Positions 27,878 to 36,491 of a stretch of DNA of 64,000 bases are shown piece by piece. This DNA comes from Candidatus Saccharimonadota bacterium (GTDB lineage: Bacteria; Patescibacteriota; Saccharimonadia; Saccharimonadales; Saccharimonadaceae), in NCBI GenBank assembly GCA_003246575.1, contig QJZZ01000001.1:31978-95977 (forward strand), given 5' to 3'. The translations under genes were made by a program, and so were the position numbers. Every line of letters starts with the position of its first letter. Position 1 is the first letter of the stretch. The notes beneath the pieces are model-generated. The model ran no database searches. It was not told the origin of the DNA and was given only the letters and a program-made list of their open reading frames with translations.

Positions 27878-28678
27878 ATGCCAAGTAACCGCGCCAAGCA
27901 GAGGCTGTTGGGCTTTATCCTTTCTCGAGGGGGAAGGATAACCTCGGGCCGCAACGACTCGCTACTGAGGTGGGTCTTCGAGATCACGGCTCGTGAGCGG
28001 TACGCTCATGAGCGCATCACCGAGCTCGAGACTGTGTTCACGGCACTCGAATCGGACGGAGACCTCGTCCTCGAGCGCGACGATCGCGGCAAGCTCATCG
28101 CTGCACACGTGGCGGAGACTGCCAACTTCGAGCACGCGGACCTCGAAGCAAGTATGTTCGAGACATCCGAACAGCTTTGGGTATTTCTCACTATCCTGAT
28201 GGCGAGAAACACCAAACTGCGCCAGCAGCTTGCTGCGAGCGGCGTCGATGAGGCACTTGCGATGGCGGCAGAGGCAGAGCACCAGCGCGACGCTGCCCTC
28301 CGAGAGCTCAACGAGCTTCGAGGTGCACTCACGAACATGCCAGGCCCAGCACCCGAGGAGCAAGAATCCTCGTTGTGCGAACGGCTTGCAGCGACTGAGG
28401 CCGCGCGTGCTACCGCAGTGTCGCGTTTCGAAAACCTCCAGCAGATGTTCGAGGAGGCGAAGGTAGGATGGGCGAAGGAGAAGAGCGAGCTCCGCGACAA
28501 ACTTTCCAAGCAGGGAAGTCGGGTCGCGGAGTTGGTGCGAAACCTCGAAGCGTATCGGGGAATTCACAGGATTGCGCTTACCGTAGCCACTGCGCTCGAT
28601 GATGCAGGTCTCCCGATTCCACTAGAGGTGGCACGAGAGTTGGCGATTTTGGAGCCTCTGCTCCCAGAGCGACGCTAA
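27878..28678 (+). CDS. hypothetical coiled-coil protein (266 aa)
   Basis: AGGAG RBS and a long Ala/Glu/Arg-rich helical region. Confidence 0.6.
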   Translation: MPSNRAKQRLLGFILSRGGRITSGRNDSLLRWVFEITARERYAHERITELETVFTALESDGDLVLERDDRGKLIAAHVAETANFEHADLEASMFETSEQLWVFLTILMARNTKLRQQLAASGVDEALAMAAEAEHQRDAALRELNELRGALTNMPGPAPEEQESSLCERLAATEAARATAVSRFENLQQMFEEAKVGWAKEKSELRDKLSKQGSRVAELVRNLEAYRGIHRIALTVATALDDAGLPIPLEVARELAILEPLLPERR

Positions 28679-28691
28679 AACAGCGGACAAA

Positions 28692-28752
28692 AAGTCGCCG
28701 GAAATCCCGGCGCCCCCTCGAGTTTCGGCTCGGGGGGCTATTTCATTTTGCA
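28692..28752 (+). repeat. 61-nt double-hairpin terminator module, copy 2
   Basis: See 27725-27785. The stem differences between copies keep pairing (G-U versus A-U or G-C). Confidence 0.75.
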
Positions 28753-28754
28753 CG

Positions 28755-28786
28755 AAAATACGCCACACCTTCGGTGGCGTATTTTT
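28755..28786. terminator. bidirectional terminator hairpin
   Basis: aaaatacgccac..gtggcgtatttt. Confidence 0.7.
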
Positions 28787-28800
28787 GAGTGTACTGCCGT

Positions 28801-29304
28801 CTATTTGTTCTGGCTAAGGAAGTCGATTTCCTTAATCACATCGAGAAGCGCCTGTGCGCGCTTGCTCTCGTCAGTGATTGCCATTGCTGCTTCGTGAGCC
28901 GGAGCGATGAGGTCCTTATCATCAGTTGAGCGAAGGAGGAGTAGGTAGATGTCAAACTTTTCGTCAGCATCGACATTGAGCTTGTCGACGAGTGGGCGCA
29001 GTTCGCCGAGGGCTTGCTGCTTGACGGCCTCGAGACCACCATCGGCTACAGGGGATGGAGCAACCGGCGCAGGTGGAGGCGTTGGCGCAGCTGGCGCTTC
29101 AACCTCAGGAGTTTCAGGGGCTTGAGCAGCATTGTCAACGGTGGGCATAGGTACCGCAGGAGTTGGCACCGCTGGTGCGTCTTGCGCCGCAGCTTCGTCA
29201 TTGACGCTATTTGCATCATTGCTAATTCCAGCAAGAACCTTTGCGAGCTCCTGATCGTCGCTAATAGGTTGCTTCTGGTCTGTTGGTTCGATATTCATGC
29301 CCAC
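28801..29304 (-). CDS. hypothetical protein, Pro/Ala-rich centre (167 aa)
   Basis: ORF with an upstream RBS-like GAGGTGGG. No recognised family. Confidence 0.55.
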   Translation of the reverse strand: MGMNIEPTDQKQPISDDQELAKVLAGISNDANSVNDEAAAQDAPAVPTPAVPMPTVDNAAQAPETPEVEAPAAPTPPPAPVAPSPVADGGLEAVKQQALGELRPLVDKLNVDADEKFDIYLLLLRSTDDKDLIAPAHEAAMAITDESKRAQALLDVIKEIDFLSQNK

Positions 29305-29386
29305 CTCATATCATCGTAGTGTTTACGCTTACTTACTGCGTATTGTATCATAGAGACAAATAGCGAGACAAGAACGAAAGGGCACT

Positions 29387-30427
29387 ATGCTTGATGATAT
29401 CAATGTACTGAAACAGCGCGATCCGAATGGTTCGCTCGATTTTGCAACGCATATTGCTGCGTCTGCTGGCTGGCAACCGACTATCGCTGACGGCGAGTTC
29501 GAACAACGACCGATCACCTCTGTTATCATGGCAGGCATGGGTGGATCTGCACTCGCGAGCGATATCGCTGCACACATACTTGCCCGCGAGACACCCGTCT
29601 CATTTGAAGTTGTTCGCGGCTACGATATTCCCGCCTATGCCGGCATGAACACACTCATCGTCGTCGACAGCCATTCCGGTAATACAGAGGAGACGCTCAG
29701 TTGCTACGCCCAGGCGCGCGACCGCGGCTGTCAAATTGGCGTTATGGCAACAGGCGGTAAGCTCCTAGAGGTGGCACAAGCGGACAGCGTTGCGCACATC
29801 ACACTGCCCGCAGGTGGGCAGCCGCGCATGGCAACCATCATGCACCTTGCAGGCGTCTTCCATCTTCTCGAACACTTCGGTGTCATCAGCAAAAAATACC
29901 GCCGCGAAATGGTAGAATCTGTAGAATGGCTCACCGCCGAAGCCGCACCGTGGTACCGCGAAATTCCAACGCATCGCAACTACGCAAAGCAATTTGCCTT
30001 AGAAATTGTTGGCAAAACACCCGTGTTCTACGGTGGACCACTGACCGCGCCATTTGCCTACAAGCTCAAGATTAGCTGGAACGAAAATGCCAAAAACACT
30101 GCGTTTTGGAATCAATACCCAGAGTTCAATCACAATGAGTTCATCGGCTGGAGTTCACACCCTGTAGACAAGCCATTCTCTGTCATCGACCTCATTAGCG
30201 ACCTTGAATTACCACGCATCACTGAGCGCATGCGTCTGAGCGACAGACTCCTCAGCGGCAAACGACCAAAAGCTATGGAGCTACACCTACAAGGCGACAG
30301 CCTCATCCGCCAAGCACTCTGGATCTGCGTATTTGCCGACTTCGCTAGCATCTACACCGCGATCCTCAACAAAGTCGACCCTCAGCCAGTCGAGCTCGTC
30401 GAAAAGCTCAAAAAAGAACTCAGCTAA
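29387..30427 (+). CDS. bifunctional phosphoglucose/phosphomannose isomerase (SIS domain)
   Basis: VIMAGMGGSALASDI..LIVVDSHSGNTEETL is the SIS pattern, with the size of archaeal-type PGI/PMI. Confidence 0.8.
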   Translation: MLDDINVLKQRDPNGSLDFATHIAASAGWQPTIADGEFEQRPITSVIMAGMGGSALASDIAAHILARETPVSFEVVRGYDIPAYAGMNTLIVVDSHSGNTEETLSCYAQARDRGCQIGVMATGGKLLEVAQADSVAHITLPAGGQPRMATIMHLAGVFHLLEHFGVISKKYRREMVESVEWLTAEAAPWYREIPTHRNYAKQFALEIVGKTPVFYGGPLTAPFAYKLKISWNENAKNTAFWNQYPEFNHNEFIGWSSHPVDKPFSVIDLISDLELPRITERMRLSDRLLSGKRPKAMELHLQGDSLIRQALWICVFADFASIYTAILNKVDPQPVELVEKLKKELS

Positions 30428-30477
30428 CCGCCTATAACGCAAGGTTTCGAAACGGGGCGCACCGAAGGTATCTGCAG

Positions 30478-30514
30478 CCCTGTTATTTCCTGAAGAATAT
30501 CAAGAAATAACAGG
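30478..30514. terminator. hairpin between convergent genes
   Basis: cctgttatttc ... gaaataacagg. Confidence 0.6.
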
Positions 30515-30562
30515 CGCGAAGCCGCCTGAGGTGTGCCTCTTTTCGTGACCGGGATGAAGCTT

Positions 30563-31780
30563 TTACCTATACTGCCTGAGGCTCTCGATAGGATCTTTTC
30601 GTGCTGCACGAATTGCCGGGTAGAGACCAAATATACCACCCACAACCACCGACACGCCGAGCGATGCAGTGATGATTTGCCACGTGAAGACTGGGGCGAA
30701 GTAGAGTCCGAGTGCAATCGTGAAGGCAAACACGACTCCCATAACTACGCCAAGAATACCACCTATCAAACTGAGCAGAAGTGATTCGATCAGGAATTGA
30801 GCCACAATCGTCAGATTGCTTGCCCCGACGCTCTTACGAATGCCGACTTCGCGCGTACGCTCCGCTACGCCAACAAGCATGATGTTCATGATACCGATAC
30901 CTCCCACGAGCAGAGAAATAGCTGCGATTGCCGCCATCACAATGGCTACCCAATGAAAGGTATTGCTCGTGATAGAGGTCACGTCTGTACCGTGCAAAAT
31001 CTGGAAATCTTGTTCACCATGCCGTTTCTCGAGCAGCGCCGTTGCTTCAGCGACGGCCTTGTTTAGGGTGTCTGTCGACTCAGCACGAATATTGATTTGC
31101 TGAATCTGCGAACGTCCTTGATTGAATAACTCACCCTTATCAAAATCGATCAGGATTGCGTGGTCAAAGTCGACGTTGTTGTAATTGACCGGGTTACTTA
31201 GCTTCTCGAGAACACCGATAACGGTGAAGCGCTGCTCGTGCGTCGTAAACTGCTGCCCGATAGGGTTATCGGTGCCAAAAAGATCGACTGCGATCTGCGC
31301 ACCAACGACAGCGAGATTGGCCGATGACGTGTCATCGAAGAATTGCCCCTGGTCGAGTGGGAGGTTAGTCGTGTCAGCAAGTTTCGACGTGGTTGCAACC
31401 ATTGTCGCCACCAGTGATTCCGACTTGGTCTGGAGTGTACCTTCGATCGTCATAATAGGCGCGACCGATAGGGAACTATCAAGGCGCTCGATAGCTGTGA
31501 CATCACCTCGTGTCAGACTGCTCGTGCCAAACTGCTGCGCGACGACAGGGCTCGTTAGGCCATTTGACGGAGTAAACCCGGGACGAACCACGGCAACATC
31601 ACCACCAATCTGCTGTATTTGTCGGTCGATAGCCGATGTCACGCCAGCGGCAAGCGCCAAAATCGTCGTCACGCTCGCGATGCCAATCGCCACTCCAATC
31701 GTCGTGAGGAGTGTTCGTCCACGATTCATACGGAGCGAATGGACTGCTGTCTCGAGATAATCACTGAATAGCGTTCTCAT
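30563..31780 (-). CDS. ABC transporter permease, MacB/FtsX type
   Basis: The N-terminal TM, large extracytoplasmic domain and C-terminal FtsX-like 3 TM (RTREVGIRKSVGA) are present. Confidence 0.88.
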   Translation of the reverse strand: MRTLFSDYLETAVHSLRMNRGRTLLTTIGVAIGIASVTTILALAAGVTSAIDRQIQQIGGDVAVVRPGFTPSNGLTSPVVAQQFGTSSLTRGDVTAIERLDSSLSVAPIMTIEGTLQTKSESLVATMVATTSKLADTTNLPLDQGQFFDDTSSANLAVVGAQIAVDLFGTDNPIGQQFTTHEQRFTVIGVLEKLSNPVNYNNVDFDHAILIDFDKGELFNQGRSQIQQINIRAESTDTLNKAVAEATALLEKRHGEQDFQILHGTDVTSITSNTFHWVAIVMAAIAAISLLVGGIGIMNIMLVGVAERTREVGIRKSVGASNLTIVAQFLIESLLLSLIGGILGVVMGVVFAFTIALGLYFAPVFTWQIITASLGVSVVVGGIFGLYPAIRAARKDPIESLRQYR

Positions 31781-32604
31781 GACTTCTTCTCCTTTGCTGT
31801 CTTCTTGCTTCGCTTCTTTTTGGTCGCTTTTTTGGGCGCCAGCTCGCCCGATGCGGTTGTCTTTTTTGGTGTCCGCAACACAATCGTTTGCTCCTCGGAA
31901 ACAGCAGCAACACGAATTTTCTTGTCGCTCGCCACGCGTCCATCGAGCATATTGATAACCCGACTGGCATAGCTTGTCAGGTTCGGGTTGTGTGTCACCA
32001 TCAAAATCGTATTGCCACGGCGATGCAATTCTGCAAGTTCTTCCATGATGACATGGCTTGAGCGACTATCGAGATTACCCGTCGGTTCATCAGCAAGAAT
32101 AAGGGAAGGCTTGTTTACTAATGCGCGGGCAATCGCCACACGTTGCATTTGACCACCAGACAATTGATGCGGCAAGTAGTATTCACGCTCAGACAAGTGA
32201 AAGGTCTTGAGCGTTGCACTCGCTGCCTCGAGACGCTTGATATGGCGCATGCCGTGGTAGGTGAGGGGAAGGGCGACGTTTTCGATGACCGTCATACGAT
32301 CAATCAAGTTAAAATTCTGAAAGACTATGCCGATTTGCTCCGAACGAATCCGCGCACGTCGCCCACCAGAAAATCGCTCCACGTCGTCGCCGTCAAGGTG
32401 GTATTCGCCATCATCGGCGCGATCGAGGAGGCCGAGAACATTGAGCAAGGTCGTTTTACCGCAGCCAGACGGACCCATAATTGCGACAAATTCACCCGCA
32501 TCAATCCTGAGGTCGACGCCGTCAAGTGCACGATGCTCAGCGTCGCCAATCCCGTATTTTTTGACGAGACCATTCAGTTCAATGACAGGTTTTTTGGCAG
32601 GCAT
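31777..32604 (-). CDS. ABC transporter ATP-binding protein (MacB/LolD-like) with Lys-rich tail
   Basis: GPSGCGKTT Walker [16 protein letters not shown] signature and [12 protein letters not shown] Walker B. 4-nt overlap with the permease. Confidence 0.93.
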   Translation of the reverse strand: MPAKKPVIELNGLVKKYGIGDAEHRALDGVDLRIDAGEFVAIMGPSGCGKTTLLNVLGLLDRADDGEYHLDGDDVERFSGGRRARIRSEQIGIVFQNFNLIDRMTVIENVALPLTYHGMRHIKRLEAASATLKTFHLSEREYYLPHQLSGGQMQRVAIARALVNKPSLILADEPTGNLDSRSSHVIMEELAELHRRGNTILMVTHNPNLTSYASRVINMLDGRVASDKKIRVAAVSEEQTIVLRTPKKTTASGELAPKKATKKKRSKKTAKEKKS

Positions 32605-32708
32605 TATCTCCTATTATGGTCACACTCACGCGCCAGAGCAACCATAACTGTGAAGTATTTTTTACAGATAGCGAAAGCCTGTGGTGATACGGTACAATGA
32701 GGGTATAC

Positions 32709-32798
32709 GGAGAGGTGGCCGAGTGGTTGAAGGCGCACGCTTGGAAAGCGTGTGTGCCAGCAATGGTACCGCAGGTTCAAATCCTGTTCTCTCCGCCA
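32709..32798 (+). tRNA. tRNA-Ser (anticodon GGA), CCA encoded
   Basis: ggagaggtggccgagtggttgaaggcg-cacgc-ttGGAaa-gcgtg-variable arm-T arm-tctctcc-g-cca. Confidence 0.92.
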
Positions 32799-32806
32799 TA
32801 TAAAAT

Positions 32807-32825
32807 CCCGCGCAGCAGTCGCGGG
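32807..32825. terminator. short GC hairpin after tRNA / before convergent gene
   Basis: cccgcg cagcagt cgcggg, followed by a T-rich stretch. Confidence 0.5.
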
Positions 32826-32834
32826 CTTACTCTT

Positions 32835-33077
32835 TTAGATCAGAATAGAAAGAACGGCGACAAGGGCGATCGCCGCCCAGATGATATTGAGCAGCGCCGG
32901 CTGAGTTGCGCGTTTCGAGAGGGAAATACCGGCGAGCCCGGCCGCACCCGTCAGATTGAGCAGTTGATACACGATACCATCAGATTGAATCGCCTGAAAA
33001 CTCACGAGGCCATAGGCCAGCAGAATCGCAGCCATCCCATACCAGCCAGCTACTTCGAGAAGTGTTTTCTTTGTCAT
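32835..33077 (-). CDS. small 3-TM membrane protein (80 aa)
   Basis: Three hydrophobic helices. Family not recognised with confidence. Confidence 0.55.
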   Translation of the reverse strand: MTKKTLLEVAGWYGMAAILLAYGLVSFQAIQSDGIVYQLLNLTGAAGLAGISLSKRATQPALLNIIWAAIALVAVLSILI

Positions 33078-33095
33078 ACTACGTATGGTAACAGA

Positions 33096-34283
33096 CTACT
33101 GGGCTTTAGTCGTAGCCTGATTCAAAATCATAGTGCGCGTACGAACAAGTTGCTCATACGTCTTCATCATTTCATCAACAACCTGGTTTGCTGCAGCGAC
33201 ATCCAACTCACCGTTTTCATCCAAGAAAACACGCTCGATATTGTGCGGACCCGCAGGTAGAACAGCACGTCCCTGCAGAAGACCGTAGTGTTGCAAGCCG
33301 ATGATCTGCTGCCAAGGTGTCCATGTATCATGCGACTCCATGACAACCGGGCCATCAGTACCCTCTAGCAGCGGCAGTGTCGCCTGAATGGCCTCATCGG
33401 TGTTAGCTCGATCAGGTGCAGTACCATCTCGACGCTTGCGTTTAGGATTGACAGGGGCTTCGACTGCGCGAACCGTTATCGTGCGACCGCCGAGCTCGAT
33501 AGTGGCTTCACGCAATTTTGCTTTGACATCGTCAGAGTAGGGGACATCCTGTTCGATGACACCACCAAACGTCGCACCTGTCAGCTGTTCGACTGCTCGA
33601 ATCATTGCGTCAAACTCAGTATCACCAGCTTCGAATGGCTCTTTCATCTTGGTTTTTTCGGCATCACCCACGGGACGGATACCGGTGGCAAGAATGATCG
33701 TATCGGTTCGAATCGCACCCGATTCGATATTTCGCAGTGCATCGCGAACGCGCTTCACATTCGACATACCGGCAGCGCCGTTAATCACCACAGCAGCCGC
33801 CTCTTCATCAAGAGGCTCAAAATCACTATCCGTAATACCGATTTCTTGGTCGAGCGGATCAGTCGCCACACCAGGCTGCAAGCCGATGAATCCGAGCGCC
33901 TGAGCAGCCTCCATGATTTTCAATCGGTAGAGATGGTTACGACGCTCAAGGTCAGCTTCTACATCTGTCACATTAAAGTCGTGCTTAAGATTACTGTAGT
34001 CACGAACTTGTGCACCATTACGAGCATTGGCATCACGGAGCCCGAGATCATCTCGCACAAGCCCTGCGTCGTAGGTGGGGTCACTGTAGAGCTGGTCATG
34101 TACCGGTAGGGTATCGGAAAACTGCGTTTCGCCAACCGCGTACAGTTCATGCCTTGCCTCGAGTACGCCTTGCATCAGGGGAGCCATTAGCGCCAATTTT
34201 GCCTCAACCAACTCAAGCGGAAGTAAGCCTTTGCGATCAAGCGACGAGAGCGTATCGCGCTGCGGTTTTGGCTCAAAATTCAT
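33096..34283 (-). CDS. hypothetical protein (395 aa)
   Basis: Long ORF with ordinary amino-acid composition. No family recognised. Confidence 0.65.
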   Translation of the reverse strand: MNFEPKPQRDTLSSLDRKGLLPLELVEAKLALMAPLMQGVLEARHELYAVGETQFSDTLPVHDQLYSDPTYDAGLVRDDLGLRDANARNGAQVRDYSNLKHDFNVTDVEADLERRNHLYRLKIMEAAQALGFIGLQPGVATDPLDQEIGITDSDFEPLDEEAAAVVINGAAGMSNVKRVRDALRNIESGAIRTDTIILATGIRPVGDAEKTKMKEPFEAGDTEFDAMIRAVEQLTGATFGGVIEQDVPYSDDVKAKLREATIELGGRTITVRAVEAPVNPKRKRRDGTAPDRANTDEAIQATLPLLEGTDGPVVMESHDTWTPWQQIIGLQHYGLLQGRAVLPAGPHNIERVFLDENGELDVAAANQVVDEMMKTYEQLVRTRTMILNQATTKAQ

Positions 34284-34392
34284 GGGTATACATTAGCATT
34301 TTTGACTGGTTTTGTCAATCTAGAGCCTCGACACGATATCGTATCCGCAACAAACCAAAAAGAAAAGACCACCTTTGGTGATCTTATCTTTT

Positions 34393-34469
34393 TGGTACAC
34401 CCGACACGATTCGAACGTGTGACCTCTTGCTCCGCAAGCAAACGCTCTATCCAGCTGAGCTACGGGTGC
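34393..34469 (-). tRNA. tRNA-Arg (anticodon GCG by my fold), CCA encoded
   Basis: Reverse complement: gcacccg-ta-gctc-agctggata-gagc-g-tttgc-ttGCGga-gcaag-aggtc-acacg-ttcgaat-cgtgt-cgggtgt-a-cca. Confidence 0.88.
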
Positions 34470-34509
34470 ACATGGTTGATTTGTAAATACTTGAATGTAC
34501 CGTCGCAGT

Positions 34510-34523
34510 AGCTGGATAGAGCG
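34510..34523. repeat. inverted 14-nt copy of the tRNA-Arg D-arm
   Basis: agctggatagagcg is the exact reverse complement of 34443-34456. Confidence 0.8.
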
Positions 34524-34565
34524 TCACGCTATTACTTTCGAATACCGCTTCGCGCTATGCGCAGT

Positions 34566-34580
34566 CTGAGCTACGGGTGC
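34566..34580 (-). repeat. direct 15-nt copy of the tRNA-Arg 5' end
   Basis: ctgagctacgggtgc is identical to 34455-34469. Confidence 0.85.
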
Positions 34581-34635
34581 GTACTTTCGTATTGACTCGA
34601 TTGAGTGTACCACAAACAGGGGTGCAGTGCAAGGA

Positions 34636-35307
34636 TTAGATGCGAAGACGACGCAAGAGTCGATCAATTGGGTCAAGACGAATTTCATGCATCGGCAGGC
34701 GTGCCGCCATCATATCGACAACGACTTCTCCGACTTCTTCCGGGAAATATACCGTTACACCAGGCTGAAATCGCTTGCGTGGTACGAGTAAAATAGAGTT
34801 TTCGTCATCGTCATGCACGAGACCAAACTCTTTGAACGTGTCAAAGCTGTAAAGTTTATCGTTTGCATGAAGACCTTTGCGACTCAACGTATAGTCGATG
34901 ATAGCGGGAGGACGGCGGACATAAATCACCAGCGCCGCGGCCATAACAGGCACGAGAATCGCGAACGTCCATGATCGAATCAAAAAGATCGCCACGGCGA
35001 CAAACGCCAAGATGACAAGCGCAAAAATGATATACCAGAGACCATTCTTTTCGCGATGAACATGCTCGGCTGCCTGCCAACGAACCAGCTCCTCTTCGCC
35101 CTCTTGTGCTGGGCTCGTCGCGTCGTCGTCGCTCGCTTCAACATACTGGTCGGCATCATCCGTTAGAGGCTGAGAATCGGTCTGCTCCGTCAAAGCAGCA
35201 TCAGAAACCGCAGGGGCCGCTGGCTGTTGCCAATCGTCGGTCGATTCGACCGGCTTCACCTCTGGGGTAGTGTCTGTTGGCTGTTGCTGTTGCGGCTGCA
35301 TACTCAC
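34636..35307 (-). CDS. membrane protein, acidic P/Q-rich N-terminus, 2 TM, PH-like C-terminal domain
   Basis: MSMQPQQQQPTD.., then two helices and a ~90-aa soluble C-terminus. Confidence 0.65.
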   Translation of the reverse strand: MSMQPQQQQPTDTTPEVKPVESTDDWQQPAAPAVSDAALTEQTDSQPLTDDADQYVEASDDDATSPAQEGEEELVRWQAAEHVHREKNGLWYIIFALVILAFVAVAIFLIRSWTFAILVPVMAAALVIYVRRPPAIIDYTLSRKGLHANDKLYSFDTFKEFGLVHDDDENSILLVPRKRFQPGVTVYFPEEVGEVVVDMMAARLPMHEIRLDPIDRLLRRLRI

Positions 35308-35422
35308 AGTATAGCATGAGGGGGTTGGAATTAAAGAGACAGCACAATGTCACGAAGAAAAACTCAATAGTGTATCATGGTGAAAACGTGCCACGACAGA
35401 GATATACTGATAGAATAACCGT

Positions 35423-36061
35423 ATGAACAATAAGCGTATATCAGTTCCATCTATAGTCAGCTTCGCACTTGGTGCATGTGTATTTCTCATGACTATCACA
35501 CCTCCGCTTTGGTTCGTACTTAGTCCATTAGTGTTTTACGTTCCCGCAGTAATTAGCCTTATGTTCGGAATTGTCGGTATTGTCATCGCCACAAATGATA
35601 GTCGCTCGGACATGCTCATAAGTATCGTTGCTCTCGTATTTCCTATACTATCTCTGTTTGTATTGTTTTATACCCGGCCACTCAGCGGAGCACCCACCTC
35701 AAACGAGAGCTCAAGCTCTTATCAAGCTCCTGTTGCACCAATCGATAGGACATATGACATTCTTGCAAATGAAGTGTCTGTAGGGTTTGGAGTCTTCACT
35801 ACGAGCACAGACGAGCTTGGAGAAACGTCGTACAGTCTCCCTGTCACCATCACGAATAAACTCACTGTGAGAAAAGCATACTCTATGGAAATAATAGCCA
35901 CCGGATCAGATAATCGTCGTATTGCAACCGATTATGTAGATGTGGACGATCTTGCCCCAGGTCAAGCGAAAACCATTGCAACGTTCCAGGACATCTACGC
36001 CTCGAAGACAAGCGCGATGGAAACTGCAACTTTTGCGATTGCACATATATCTGAACTGTAG
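35423..36061 (+). CDS. membrane protein (3 TM + extracytoplasmic beta-rich domain)
   Basis: ORF of 212 aa with N-terminal hydrophobic helices. Confidence 0.6.
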   Translation: MNNKRISVPSIVSFALGACVFLMTITPPLWFVLSPLVFYVPAVISLMFGIVGIVIATNDSRSDMLISIVALVFPILSLFVLFYTRPLSGAPTSNESSSSYQAPVAPIDRTYDILANEVSVGFGVFTTSTDELGETSYSLPVTITNKLTVRKAYSMEIIATGSDNRRIATDYVDVDDLAPGQAKTIATFQDIYASKTSAMETATFAIAHISEL

Positions 36062-36078
36062 ACGGGGTAGCAAAATTC

Positions 36079-36096
36079 TGGCGGAGGAGGGGAGAT
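36079..36096 (-). repeat. direct 18-nt copy of the tRNA-Ser(GCU) 3' end
   Basis: tggcggaggaggggagat is identical to 36261-36278. Confidence 0.85.
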
Positions 36097-36197
36097 ATCT
36101 GCGAGCATCTTCTGCTCACTCGTTTTGCCAAAAGCGAGCTTTCGCAAAACTTCATATCGCTACACCGAACATCCCGCCAAATTGCTTCGCAATTTAC

Positions 36198-36216
36198 GCG
36201 GGAGTTCAAATCTCCC
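36198..36216 (+). repeat. inverted copy of tRNA-Ser(GCU) T-arm (18/19)
   Basis: gcgggagttcaaatctccc versus the reverse complement of 36272-36290 (gcgggagttcgaatctccc). Confidence 0.8.
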
Positions 36217-36224
36217 TAGGCAAG

Positions 36225-36258
36225 AAAATATCCCAGACATATATGCCTGGGATATTTT
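36225..36258. terminator. bidirectional terminator hairpin
   Basis: aaaatatcccag ... ctgggatatttt. Confidence 0.7.
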
Positions 36259-36260
36259 CT

Positions 36261-36353
36261 TGGCGGAGGAGGGGAGATTCGAACTCCCGCTGCAGGTCTC
36301 CCCACACTAACGATTTAGCAAACCGTCCCCTTCAGCCACTTGGGTACTCCTCC
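36261..36353 (-). tRNA. tRNA-Ser (anticodon GCU), CCA encoded
   Basis: Reverse complement: ggaggag-ta-ccc-aagtggctgaa-ggg-g-acggt-ttGCTaa-atcgt-long variable arm-gggag ttcgaat ctccc-ctcctcc-g-cca. Confidence 0.9.
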
Positions 36354-36491
36354 GTGTGTGATTTTTTGAACAGCTTTCGCGGCTCTGGCTCGAGTCAGTA
36401 TAGCATAGTTCACCTCGATAGAAAACACCCTCGGACTAGACATTTTTGCCAAAATATGCAATAATCGAACCATAAACAAGGAGCATACACT

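Noticed and set aside
31780-31914. Lys-rich ~45-aa tail of the ABC ATPase as a separate gene or domain
   Set aside because: It is continuous with the ATPase frame. Low-complexity basic tails are common, and there is no evidence for an independent feature.
34501-34585. Second tRNA-Arg gene with an intron or permuted halves
   Set aside because: Only nt 1-15 (direct) and the D-arm (inverted) are present. There is no anticodon arm, T-arm or acceptor 3' strand. I treat them as fragments.
36124-36220. Possible plus-strand tRNA-like gene (T-arm gggag-ttcaaat-ctccc with a 6/7-bp acceptor pairing ttgccaa/taggcaa)
   Set aside because: I found no D-arm and anticodon-arm combination that folds. The length (~97 nt) and the missing CCA or discriminator context do not fit. 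It is better explained as an inverted fragment of the neighbouring tRNA-Ser T-arm.
35940-36464. 174-aa plus-strand ORF spanning the tRNA-Ser(GCU) locus
   Set aside because: It crosses a tRNA gene and terminator hairpins and overlaps the end of the 35423-36061 gene. It is not credible as coding sequence.
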